A stretch of DNA of 64,000 nt from Takakia lepidozioides (Eukaryota > Plantae > Bryophyta): assembly GCA_030704615.1 (NCBI GenBank), contig CM060731.1, positions 6,200,001 to 6,264,000 of the forward strand, read 5' to 3'. This document shows positions 11,105 to 22,431 of the stretch, piece after piece (position 1 is the stretch's first letter; the number at the start of each line of letters is the position of its first letter). Under the pieces are notes generated by a model, which saw only the letters and a list, made by a program, of their open reading frames with translations, made no database searches and was not told the origin of the DNA. The position numbers and the translations under genes were made by a program.

Positions 11105-13918
11105 AAACATGACGGACATCCTTGGTGTAGGACAAAAACATTGAACATCCACAACGACATTGGGTTGAAATTTCGAAGGTCGGTTTGCGTTGGACATTGC
11201 AAGTGTCTGAATCCTTCTTGCCCTCGCCTAAGGAACAGCTCTAAATCAAACGAGAATGAGTGGGAAGGGGTGCCCCTGAATCCTTTCACACCAGGGCTTG
11301 CCCCTCCCAAGAGCAATACTTTTGTGTGCAGGTTCTGCAAACTTGCCCCGTCCTGTGTTTCTGTGTGTCACACTCGAATGTACCAGGTGGCACGCCGATG
11401 CAACACAATGACTCGTGCCTGCATTCATATGGGCACACACGAGCATCATGTGTCGAAGGGAAGTTGCAGGGATAACGTTGACATTGCTAGAAATCTTCTG
11501 AAGCATGAATTCCATAATATCCCTTGTGCAACGCCTTCTGCTATAGCGCTTGCAGCTAGCAAGACATTCCTGGAAAAACACATACTGGGTGAAGGGGATG
11601 CGTCACAGCCAATGCTGGATGCAGATTCGCTTGATGCAGTGATGGACCATTTCTTCATATTGAACTCTCCCAATATTCGGAACCAGGTGAATGCACTTAG
11701 AATGGGCACTGGCAGTGCTGGATTCATGGACAACATCATGGACCTAAAACGGAGGAGTCAGTATGAATTCATTCAAAACAATATCTTCCCTGGCCAGGGC
11801 TCGTCCAAGGTGTATTTGTTTGAAAATGTCCACAGTGGGCGAAGGCAGTGGTGTGAACATCGTCCGCCGAATGCAACCTGGAGGAGATTTGGCAAAATGT
11901 TGGTTGATGTTTGATCACTGCAAACGGGTGAAAGGTTGGACAACCATGGCGTGCCATGTGTACAATCCAGTGTACCAGCGTGTGCTCTCCATAGCAATTT
12001 GTGATATGCAGTCAGAAGACACTGAATCCCAAATGCTCATGTGGAATTCTCTCCTGGCCGTCATGCAGCGCAATAGAATGCAAAACACCAATTTTGCGGG
12101 GTTCATGGTTGATAATGCACATGCAAATTTCAATGCAATGCGGCGTGTCTTCGGTTTGGGGGATCCTAAGGTCCCAATGGAAAATAGGGAGCGCACATTC
12201 CTCTTCCATTGGAGTCAATCTCTAGCACGTCATACAAAGCGCTGCATTCGACCTGAGCTAAGTACAAAAATGCCACCTCAATGGGAGAAGCTGAGAGCAG
12301 TTACCAAGCAATCCGGGCTTGGTGGTTCTCCTCTGGTGCTGCTACATGGATCCAGCTAAAGGAGTTGGAGGACTGGTTGGTTTTCTGGCACTTCAGGTAC
12401 AGACTGTGGGGAGCTTTCATGACAACGGTAAGCCTCTTCAATCCCAGAATTGCAAATTTCACTTTGCGTCTTGCCTGTTCCTTTGGGGTTGTTGGATATG
12501 TACTTGCAGTTCCTCTTCCATTTCCATTCGTTCCTCACATTTGCATGCATTGCCTCCTGCATGACAAGTCCTTGGAGGACTTGGCCGACATGCCTTCATG
12601 TAATTTGGCGGAGACAGTTCACAACGCCTGGATGCAGCAGTCTACCAAAGCAGGACGTGACTTGTATGTTGCCACTGCAGATGACATGGTGCGGGCACTT
12701 ACCCAACAAACCAGATACCGCAATTTTCTGATGGGACGGGGCGGAGGCAAGGGCCCTGATACGACTTTGTTGATGCTAAGGGCTGTGAGCAGGTCCGGAG
12801 ACCCATCGAAGATGGCGAGAGCTCTAAACAGGTGCACTGAAGGGTCCCCTTTGCAATCCAGGGTCCCCCATTTGGAAGGCGAGAAAAGGAAATTGAACAC
12901 TCCTCCAGGGTCGGATGGAGATTCCCGTCGCTCGGACAGGGTCAATTTCTCTGTGCCAAAGGTGTCTCCGGTGCAGACTAAATCATGTGCCCGCCCCTTC
13001 CCAGGTGGGTCCTCTTCCAGTGGAGCAGGTGCAAATCATGCAAGCACAACAGCATGAATCCCATTGGAGGAGGTGGTGTCCTTGGTGCATGAATCTGATT
13101 GCATTGACAGTGAGTGGCATATATAACGCACCCCACCAGGATCTAGAGTGGCTTGCATGGCAATTCGGACCCCCTCTTTCAAGAAATGCAAATAAAAAAT
13201 ATGCAAAGGCTCCAGGGGGACTCCAGCTCCAACATTCACAGGGTTGTTCCGACCTTATCATAGTGGGGAGTCAAAGGACCACAAGTTCTGGTTCTGCCCA
13301 GACGATATAGCACGATGCGTGAAGGGAACAGTTCGTCCTTCGGTGATAATGAAGCCCCCTCCGCCCGCAATTTGGCCTGTGAATCTTGGGTCGTCGCTGT
13401 CATCAACCGAGATAAGCATGCTGGAGGAGGGAGGGTTCCGTCTTGCACGGTCCCTGGTGGTGCCCTCATGCATTTGGGGCACAGATGTGCCACATGCTCC
13501 GGCAATACCTCCACCCGTTGCCGACTCGCACCCAACAAAAAGAGATGGAAAAATAGTGCGCCGTGTCACTTCGGGTGCAGATCACGACTGCAAGATGGAA
13601 TCAGCTAGAATTTTGCAGGCTCCGGTGACTCGTATCACCGAAGTCCCGGCCCCAGGGTATGGACGGATTTACACAGTGTTGTCTGCTGGCTCAGTTCTTC
13701 ATGGGAAAGAATATCACGTTACCGTGGGGAATTTCCCTACGTGCACTTGTCCGGATTTTGTAGCGATGCGTGAGGGTGTTCTCGGCATGAGAGGGAAGTG
13801 GGTCCCCTGCAAGCATCAATATTACATATACCTTATAATTATGTGTTGCGACGGTAAGAGAGACCAATTCATTCACCAAGCCACACTAGGCTATGGAGAA
13901 GTCATCACTCTTCTATAG
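11105..13918 (+). pseudogene. MULE-type DDE transposase with N-terminal WRKY/GCM-like Zn domain and C-terminal SWIM finger; frameshifted
   Basis: CVGHCKCLNPSC...CRFC...HMGTHEH Zn ribbon. Catalytic-type motifs WLMFDH, GFMVDN, FLFHW (CxxH-like) and CNLAETVHN. SWIM CTCPDF...CKH. Spread over ORFs 10964, 11763, 12281 and 13244 by frameshifts or stops. Confidence 0.85.
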
Positions 13919-14308
13919 CGGGACACCTGCTGTGGGGCTCCGCCACATTCTCTGTGAACAGAAACGAGCCATGCCCACTTCCCGTGCTGGTTTCCAGCTT
14001 ATCGCGGTACCAGGGCAATTGCACATTGTAGGCGTCTTTCTCTGAATTGAAATAAAGTGTGACGATCATTCTGAGCTCAAATCTGCATTATGTTCATATT
14101 CCTCTTTTTGTGCAGACATTACAGACATGGTGCATGGTGGCCCCTTTGTTTTGTCCTCGTTTGTCCACGGTAATAGGCCCTCTTCATGCAATCCTCGCCT
14201 ATAGGGCCTGCTTCTCTAGCACATTGGTGCCCCTCACGCTTTACAGCTACAACGTGAGCTCAGCTCCCAGGCTCACGGGGATGGGCTCACGCCGTAGCTA
14301 CGCAGCCC

Positions 14309-14560
14309 AAAAACTGGTTTTCCAGCAAGGATATGTAAAGGGAGGTAATCTATGGTGCATTAATGGATACCCAATTGGCCACGGCCCCTCGCAATGCGAG
14401 CACTCCGATCGGAGTATCAAGTGCTGGCTTGCGAAGAACTGACAAGACTCACAGTGAGTAAAGAAATCGACTTGCCACCTTATGTGGGCTACGAAAGAGG
14501 CAAACAAAGCACATTGTGCTTAGTGTTTCCTTGTGATACGCTATGTGAATCTCTCTCAGG
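14309..14560 (+). repeat. Fragment of the dispersed repeat also found at about 43958-44130
   Basis: AAAAACTGGTTTTCCAGCAAGGATATGTAAAGGGAGGT and GCACATTGTGCTTAGTG...TATGTGAATCTCTCTC are shared. Confidence 0.8.
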
Positions 14561-14601
14561 TTGCCCTTTCACAATAGGAAACAAGTAAGAGTGGGACATT
14601 A

Positions 14602-15075
14602 AAGTTTAACCTCGGCAAGATCATTTACACGAATTCCATGGAGGAGACCAGTGGCATTTTTCAGCAGCTGTGCCAAAAGTGTTGTTTGTATCCTCCACTT
14701 CCCACACCACCCTTTTATTAGTCTACACATACATTTTTTAAGAGCATGCACACAGTTCAATAAGTACACAATTGCACACTTGCTATTGGGCTTGTGTGGG
14801 TCGTATCATTTTACAAGAAATGGAATAGGGTGGAGACTGACATGCATGTGATATATATCAGAATGCCAATCCTCACAGCCTAATTTGTCCCATTCAATTC
14901 TAAGTCCTACCTTGCCTGCACCCAAAAATCCTGACAGAAGAGTGACCGGCACTTTGGCAGGTCTTGACTGGCGTTGCCACGCTCTGGCAGCGAATGCAAC
15001 CAGTGCCAGAAGCAGGCCAGCCCCTACTCCCCAGAATGTTGCTACACGTTGCCTGTCTCTACCATCTGTTGTCAT
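14602..15075 (-). pseudogene. CobW/ZNG1-family metallochaperone GTPase 5' fragment (2 exons)
   Basis: VPVTLLSGFLGAGK|TTLLAQLLKNATGLLHGIRVNDLAEV P-loop region. The exon-2 acceptor reads CAA instead of CAG. No further exons found. Confidence 0.8.
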
Positions 15076-15469
15076 ATTCCTGCCATTACAAAACACTTGT
15101 TATATCTTCTTGCCTCTCGGATACATTAGCCATGGGGACTGCAGCTACTGGTCGCTTGTTGAGCAGAGTGCCATTCAGGCTGCCCGTGTCCACCAGCTCC
15201 CACTTTGCTGCCTGCAACCACTCAAATGTCGTCAATCACTCATCTTAATCCAGTCTCTTAGAAACCACTCTTGTTGCCAACTTACACCCTTGTCCAACTG
15301 TTTCGTTTTTCCCGAATTTTTGACTCTCACATCCTCTCCTTCTTTCTTCTTCCTCTATCTCTCTAGGCCTTCGTGCTCCCAGTTAACAACAACCTATCAT
15401 AGCCAGCTTCTTCTCCTTCATTGCCTTCCAGAATAGTAGTGGGAGCACTTCTGACTTCATTCTTAGGTT

Positions 15470-15575
15470 TCCAAAGCCTTACTCCCATGCCCATGCTGCA
15501 CATACATTGCAATCATGGCACTCCAAAGCACCACATCTCATTTAGCCATATTGTCGAACTCCTCCTTCGCATCAG
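15470..15575 (-). pseudogene. Single degenerate PLS-PPR motif fragment
   Basis: DAKEEFDNMAK*DVVLWSAMIAMYVQHGHGSKAL with an internal stop. Confidence 0.75.
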
Positions 15576-16203
15576 GCTTGCTATACCCACGTGTACAGCA
15601 GGGGCAGACTTGATCAAATGGCTCAAATGGCCAATGTCATAAACTCAACCATTTCCACCATCTGCCAACAGAAAAGGTTCACTTCCAACCAATTTTTAAA
15701 ACTCCTTGCATGTAAACATCTGCCTTTCTATGCACATCAGGATAAGTCAACTGTGACATTGTAAATGTAAACACCACCTAGTTCTCTTCATTACTTCCCC
15801 ATCTCCCACATGTGTTACCCTTCCCTCTACATCACCGGTGACAAATATTGGTTAAGAAAGGGGGCTACTGTAGCAGTGCCAATTACAACACCAGGCTTTG
15901 TTGTTTTGATGTAAATGCCTCCCTTAAATCCAACAACAGCTGATTGTCATCTGCTTGTAAGATCGCACACATAGCTGCATACCCGGTGGGTTTCAACACA
16001 TAACAGCACTAGGAGGGTTAGTAGCTTGCAGGGACTATGCCCTCAAGAATAAGCCAGCATTAAGAGGGAAGGGTTGGAGAGGATTACTATCTTCCTCTCT
16101 CTTCCAGGTCTCCCTGGCCACAGTAGTTTCCTTTTTGCACTTACTCTGACATGATACATGAAACAAAGGAAAATGTGCTAAATGGGAAGAAAAAAGCACA
16201 CAC

Positions 16204-16297
16204 TCATCATTTCAAGTTTTCTGATTTGCTCCTTGATGGCATGCGGGTCCTTCTTCAGAATCCCCACCTCTCAGACCTTCTTCCTCTCCTTTTTGTT
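16204..16297 (-). pseudogene. Isolated exon of an ELF5/WBP11-like gene
   Basis: [30 protein letters not shown] matches the WBP11/ELF5 N-terminus. Flanked by AG and GT; CGA-to-TGA type stop. Confidence 0.75.
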
Positions 16298-17265
16298 CTG
16301 TAACCAGCCAGCCAGACCAATTAATAAATAGACTCAACAAGATTAACCTTTGCACCCCATCAAATGCGCTAAATTGGCGCAAGGTAGGATTTGCATCACT
16401 GCATGGGTCAGATTAGAATCTGTATTTAAAATTAAATAGTGTAGATGAACGTACAAACACATTTATTTGACCTACATTATGCAATTCAGATAAGAGTGTA
16501 CGAAAACAAGTGAACTCAGAACAATATTGCTAGGGTATTGAGCCATCATAGGCTCCATAACAGAACATCATCTGTAACCAAAATTCATACCTCAACAGTT
16601 TGCTCAAGAGCAAAAAACAATATGCAGAGTACCAGTTCCTCGGACAAAAGGAAACAATGATTTGGTGTCGTCAAGGTGAGGTCTCTAAGGCACAAGATGG
16701 CCCTGCAAAGGTTCTGGACACTTGGAACAACAATTCAGCTTGCAGAATTTCCAGCAAGGGCTTCCCTCTACACCATGTCACAATGGAGACCACATTGCTG
16801 TTGCAATCGGACAAATAAAATCTCAATAGAGGTCACTCAAAATTCAGCAATTAAGTAAGGCCTGCAAGTCAACAAACCCTAAACCCTAAAAGCTGTGTCA
16901 CTCTCCTTCTCTGCTTGTGTAATTTCACTAAAGGTCTGTGGCAAAGGCTACAGCAAACACAATTATTCAGTGAAGAGAATGCCCAACCACTGGTTTACCT
17001 GCTAATGATTCAAGGCATATTGCAAAGGTAAAAATGAGCAACATCTGGCAAGTCTCGATTTACAAGCAAGACCAAAGGATGTCTGCCAGAAGATTGATAG
17101 TGACTTGCTGAATATGTATGACCTTCTGTTGAGAGGGAGAAGAGCAAGGAAGCACCGTGCTCAGGTCCTTTCCATTGACTGGATACAAATGGATTGTGAG
17201 ACAGACCTTAGAAAAGCCAAGATCTTACAACCAGAATCTCTTGTTACTATTCGGATTGCTGTTTC

Positions 17266-17452
17266 ACCCAAATGCGAAGTATCCAAGGACTGCAAATGCC
17301 AGGTACAAGAGTAGGATACAAGTCATGCAGCCCCCAAGACAATCCCAAACTTTGGATCTATTCCCCATGCATGATTCAAGAGGAAGAACAAGACTGATGC
17401 CTTCAAACGCATAGATGGCCACTCCAATTGCAAATGGCAGGGTCTATAGCCC
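17266..17452 (-). pseudogene. Isolated exon of an AVT3-like amino-acid transporter
   Basis: LPFAIGVAIYAFEGISLVLPLESCMGNRSKFGIVLG / MTCILLLYLAFAVLGYFAFG with one frameshift. Confidence 0.75.
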
Positions 17453-17549
17453 TGTGAAAGAAAAAGTACAGAAGTTGTGAATTCTGCTTCACTTGCTATA
17501 AGAAACAATGTCAACAAGACCTGATGGAACGAAGATAGTTTAGCAGCTT

Positions 17550-18861
17550 AACAATGACCTCACTATGCGTGCAAAATATGGCTACATAAAATATCCCGTA
17601 GCTCAGCACCCACATTTTGGACCCGATCGGCAGCTGGTTCTCGATCTTGGGCCAAATGATCCCATTCCCTAATTGCTCCAAGTGCATCCATCTCGTTGAA
17701 CACATCGTCAAAGTCCACTTCTTTGAAGTCCACCAGAATGTTGTAAATAATACAACATGCATGAACAGCCTGTGGCAGGAACTCAATGTGAAGGCCGCTT
17801 CTCCAGCCCACTTCCTTGAAAGTACATTTGAGCCGCCCAAATGCAATTTCACTAAAAATCCTCGCCTTTGACAACTGATGGTTGAACACAGTTTTGGCTC
17901 TAGAGAGAGCCGGAGCATTAGCAGCTCTTTTGTAACTAGGGACAAGGAAGGCAAGGATATACAGCATCACCAAAAAGAATAGGAGGGATCGTATGCCCAT
18001 TGTCCAAAATGACGCTTTCTCCCCGCAGTATCCTCCCCTGAGATGCTGGATGGAAGAGGGGGGAATTGCGCAACACTCTAGAGTCATTCATACTTCCTGG
18101 CTCCCCAACGTAGATATCTATGAATTTAGCATCCGGATCTACAACCCCTTGCAACACCATAGAATAGTATCCCATTCTATTTTGGTAGTCATGTTTGATG
18201 TTGTTTGCAGGGGCTGGATCCTAATTTGTGTACAGTCAAGCACACCAACCACGTTCGGAATTCCAGATCTCATTTCATTTTCAAGCATGGATTTTCTTAG
18301 GGTGTTGCCAGCTTTCCATTGAAGGTGGTGCCCTAATGCAGACACAATGGCGGGTACAACTTGACGCAAAAGGTCATACAATGAAGACGCACCAATCCCA
18401 AATGCCTCTGCGGTAGTTGCTGCCCATATCAATTTGTACAATGCAGCCCCAACCCGCATGGGAATAGATAGAGCCTTGCGATAGTTAGTGTCCTGCATAG
18501 AAATCCAAGGAGCAAGCACATTGCAAAGCCAATTGAATGTCCCTGAACTCATTTTCATGATCATGAGCCATCGTTCATCATCATACTCCAAGAGAAAATC
18601 TTGAAACCATGCTCTAGACCTGTGCTTCACCCACATCCCAGACGGAATAGAACCTCTAGGCTTGAAATACTTTATCATGAAGAGCGTGTTGAGGTTCGAA
18701 CGAAATTGTTGGATGCATTCCTCAAGGGTATCATCTTCGTCCTCCTCCATAATTTGGACTTGTAAAAGCGGTGCTTCCATATGCAAAATTGGTGGGCAAT
18801 GTCCTAATCCAAACAACTTGTCCAAATTATGGAGCACATTCTTGTCCATCACCGGTTCCAT
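17550..18861 (-). mobile_element. PIF/Harbinger (DDE_Tnp_4) nuclease, frameshifted
   Basis: VVGVLDCTQIRI, YSMVLQGVVD...GSMNDSRVL, LFGDAVYP, FNHQLSKARIFSEIAFGRLK and HACCIIYN spread over three frames. Confidence 0.9.
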
Positions 18862-19587
18862 CCTATGAGCAATGGTAGGGAAAGGGGTTGTGACTCACCC
18901 TTTAAGATGCAATCCAACAACAATATGGGCTCCAAGTCCGAAGTGTGGCTACAGACCCAGCAGCACTGTTGACTTGTTATCCAGCAGGAGAGATACAAAA
19001 TTTACTCCTGTAGAATTGTTTCTGGTAGACAAACTCCCCAATTCCTCTGCTGATGCGATTGTTACTGACAAAAAGAAATGGGTCTTCCTTCGACCATGCC
19101 TCTGCTAGATTCACGCTGGCTTTGGAATTGCGGTGAGTATGCAAAGTCTTCACAAATGTGGAAAGATGGCAGCATCCCTGCAGCTCAAATGTGTGTCTTG
19201 CATAATGCTTGCCCACTTAGCCCCTGCAACAGAGCACCACAGTGAGCAATTACTGGTGTATGGCACTTGGTTGTATTTACTTAGAAGAAAATCTCCACAT
19301 TATACATGAACTGCTGTCAAGCACAAGCCATCAGGGGTCTGGGGAGTTTTCTAGGTTTGTTCTGTAAATGTCCCTAGCATGTACATGTCCGGGCTGATGA
19401 AGCAAAAAAACAAAAATTACATGGCAAACACAATTCGTCAACTGTTATGGTATGTATATGAGAAGTTGAAGTACTGCCTGTCACATTCAATGAAACAAAG
19501 AGTGTCTTTCCGCTTTACTCTTTGTTTACATAATGATAGATTCCAATGTTTCCACACTCCTGCATAATGTCGCGGATGTTGCTGGTT

Positions 19588-22431
19588 TCACCAGTAATCC
19601 CCACAAGAGCAAACCCCATCTTGGAAGTGGTGAAAGCGGGTGGCATCCCGTAAAATAATGGCCCGCCGAACAATCTTTGAGATGAACTTTGTGGCGGTGT
19701 GGCAGTCACCACACACCCGAAGGTTCTTGATAACACGGAGAGGTGTCCCAGAGGGTGTGCTGATGAGCCCAAAAGCAATGGCCAACCTCTCACCATGGTG
19801 GCCAAGAGAAGATTCTTTTTGCTCCTCGCCCACATCATACAACACAAAGTGGGTGTCAGGAACATACCCAGCCTCCTTCATCTGCCCAGACAATCTTTGC
19901 AACTCAACATGAATTGCCTCAAGTTGTGGATGCGATTGGTCATCTACAATGAATGTATGCACCTGGCTGTCTACCTCAATCCAGCACTGCCCTGGCACCT
20001 TTTTCACACCTCTGTCCTCCATCATTTTTCTCACCTTTGCTGTATCATCCCACCTGCCAGCAGCAGCATAAATATTTGATAGCAGCACATAAGTTGAAGC
20101 ATCCAGTGGATCCAACATAAGAAGAAATTTTGCTGCGCGTTCAGCTACCTCCACATTGCCATACATTCTGCAGGCAGCAAGCAAGGCCCCCCACACTGCA
20201 GGATCTGCTTCAAACGGCATTTTCTTTATGAAGTCCTCAGCATCATCCAGTCGCCCAGCACGGCCAAGAAGGTCCACCATGCAGCCAAAATGCTCCACTA
20301 CCGGAGTGAGGCCATGATCTCTTGTCATGGAATGAAAATAGTGACAGCCTTCTTCCACTAGACCTACATGGCTACATGCAGAGAGAAGACATGTAAATGT
20401 GACAAGATTCGGCTTCACATATTTCTGTTGCATTTGTTCAAATACCCGCACAGCCTCCCTGCCATACCCATGCTGAGCATATCCTGCGATCATTGCAGTC
20501 CATGAGACCACATCTCGCCGAGCCATACTATCAAACACTTGACGCGCTTCATTCATGCTCCCACATTTGGCATACATGTCAGCCAGCGCAGTCTCCAAAA
20601 TAGGGTCTGGTGCAATTCCAGCTTTGATGATGTCAGCACGGACCTCCTTGCCTTTTTCCAATGCTGCGAGACTGGCACACGCATTGAGAACACAAATGAA
20701 CGTCACCCTGTCAGCTGTCACCCCTTCTTGTACCATTTTCTCATACATCGCCAACACTTCCCTACCACAGCCATGCTGAGCATATCCTGCCATCATGGCA
20801 TTCCATGACACCACATTTGGCTTCAAGCCTTCCTGTTGCATGTCTTCAAATAGTTGCAAGGCCTCCCTGGCACACCCATGCTGAGCATATCCTGCGATCA
20901 TTGCAGTCCAAGAGACCACATTTCGTTGAGCCATATTGTCAAACACATGACGTGCATCCTTCATGCTGCCACATTTGGCATACATGTCAGCAAGGGCAGT
21001 CTCCAGCATCATATTTTGCCCAATTCTAGCTTTGATGATGTCAGCATGGACTTCTCTGCCCTTTTCGAGATCGGCCAGACTGGCACAGGCCTTGAGAATG
21101 CAAATAAATGTGACCTTGTCGGGTGTCACCCCTTCCCGCACCATCTGCGCATACAATTCCAGAGCCTCCCTACCACACCCATGCTGAGCATATCCTGCAA
21201 CCATTGAATTCCATGAGACCACATCGTGTTGAGCCATCTTGTCAAACACTCGACACGCATCCTTCATGTACCCACATTTGGCATACATGTCAATGAGGGT
21301 ATTCTCCAGAATGATATCTGGAGCAATTCCAGCTTTGACGATGTCAGCATGGACCTCTATGCCCATTTCTGGATCTGCCAGGCTGGCACATGCTGTGAGA
21401 ATGCAAGTGAAGGTGACATTGTCAGGCGTCAACCCTTTCCGTTTCATTTGCTGATAGATGTCGAAAGCTTCCCTACCGTACCCACGCTTTGCATAACCTG
21501 CCATCATCATAGTCCATGTGAACAAATCTCGTTCAGGCATTTTGTCAAACACTTGGCGTGCATCTACCACACTCCCACACTTGGAATACATGTTGACAAG
21601 GGTGTTGAGAAGAAAGTTATTTGGCTTAAATCCACTTTGGATAATGTGGGTGTGTACCTGCTTTCCCATTTCAAGGTTTTCAATTCTGATGCACTCCCGC
21701 AAGAGACAGACATAGGTGTTGGAGTTCGCCGAGCTGCCTTGTTGGTTCAATATGTGCAGTGCACTCCCACATTTGGCATACATTTCAACAAGAGCCTTCT
21801 CCAGAGTCATATCTGGCACAATTCCAGCATTGATGATGTCAGCGTGGACCTCAATGCCCTTTTCAAGATCTACCAGGCTGGCACACACCTTGAGAACACA
21901 AGTAAACGTGACCGTGTTTGGCATCATCCCATCCTCTATCATTTGCTTATAGATCTCTAAAGCCTCCCTACCACACCCATGCTGGGAATATACTTCCATC
22001 ATCATATTCCATGTAAACATATCTCGATCAGGCATTTCGTCAAACACACGCCGAGCATCAACCACACTTCTGCACTTGGCATACATGTTGACAAGGGCCT
22101 TCAGGAGAAAGATGTTAGGCTTGAATCCCCTTTGGATAATGTGGGCATGCACCTGCTTCCCTTCTGCTAGACCTTTCATCTTGGTACACTCATGCAAGAG
22201 ACAAACATAAGTATTCGAGTCTGCTGAAATACATCCTCGGTTCAAAATGTGCAGTGCCTCTTTCAGTTGTCCTGCATTGCACAGTGTCATCACATCCCCA
22301 TAAGCAGAAGTGTTGTGGTTAATTCCCATTCTTCGTTGTTGTTGAATAGCAGTTTTCACGGTGGAGGTGCCTGATTGAAACAACTGTGCCTGATTCAAGC
22401 CTGCCATCCTGCGTGACTCAAAACTCTTCAT
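19588..22431 (-). CDS. PLS-class PPR protein with E domains and DYW deaminase domain (organellar RNA-editing factor), intronless, 947 aa
   Basis: Repeated P-L-S motifs, PG box KKVPGQCWIEV, HGERLA...CGDCH zinc signature, C-terminal CSCGDYW. Confidence 0.97.
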   Translation of the reverse strand: MKSFESRRMAGLNQAQLFQSGTSTVKTAIQQQRRMGINHNTSAYGDVMTLCNAGQLKEALHILNRGCISADSNTYVCLLHECTKMKGLAEGKQVHAHIIQRGFKPNIFLLKALVNMYAKCRSVVDARRVFDEMPDRDMFTWNMMMEVYSQHGCGREALEIYKQMIEDGMMPNTVTFTCVLKVCASLVDLEKGIEVHADIINAGIVPDMTLEKALVEMYAKCGSALHILNQQGSSANSNTYVCLLRECIRIENLEMGKQVHTHIIQSGFKPNNFLLNTLVNMYSKCGSVVDARQVFDKMPERDLFTWTMMMAGYAKRGYGREAFDIYQQMKRKGLTPDNVTFTCILTACASLADPEMGIEVHADIVKAGIAPDIILENTLIDMYAKCGYMKDACRVFDKMAQHDVVSWNSMVAGYAQHGCGREALELYAQMVREGVTPDKVTFICILKACASLADLEKGREVHADIIKARIGQNMMLETALADMYAKCGSMKDARHVFDNMAQRNVVSWTAMIAGYAQHGCAREALQLFEDMQQEGLKPNVVSWNAMMAGYAQHGCGREVLAMYEKMVQEGVTADRVTFICVLNACASLAALEKGKEVRADIIKAGIAPDPILETALADMYAKCGSMNEARQVFDSMARRDVVSWTAMIAGYAQHGYGREAVRVFEQMQQKYVKPNLVTFTCLLSACSHVGLVEEGCHYFHSMTRDHGLTPVVEHFGCMVDLLGRAGRLDDAEDFIKKMPFEADPAVWGALLAACRMYGNVEVAERAAKFLLMLDPLDASTYVLLSNIYAAAGRWDDTAKVRKMMEDRGVKKVPGQCWIEVDSQVHTFIVDDQSHPQLEAIHVELQRLSGQMKEAGYVPDTHFVLYDVGEEQKESSLGHHGERLAIAFGLISTPSGTPLRVIKNLRVCGDCHTATKFISKIVRRAIILRDATRFHHFQDGVCSCGDYW

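Larger units (their letters stand above)
5447..14308 (+). mobile_element. Large Mutator-like (MULE) DNA transposon with ParB-like cargo gene and palindromic repeat arrays; ends approximate
   Basis: Contains a MULE-type transposase. Ends show degenerate inverted similarity: CCTATTACCGCGG 5564-5576 versus CCACGGTAATAGG 14165-14177, plus clustered GGCGTGAG/GCTCACGCC motifs at both ends. Begins GGG, ends CCC, and is flanked by AAAAA on both sides. Confidence 0.7.

Noticed and set aside
5439-14313. CCCAAAAA as a canonical 8-9 bp MULE target-site duplication
   Set aside because: Low complexity, it overlaps the presumed terminal CCC, and the left flank does not continue the repeat found on the right flank; ends are left as approximate.
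16875-16889. Telomeric array (AAACCCT x2)
   Set aside because: Only two units; an ordinary telobox-like motif.
19640-22170. Plus-strand ORFs overlapping the PPR gene
   Set aside because: Antisense shadows of the repetitive PPR coding sequence.
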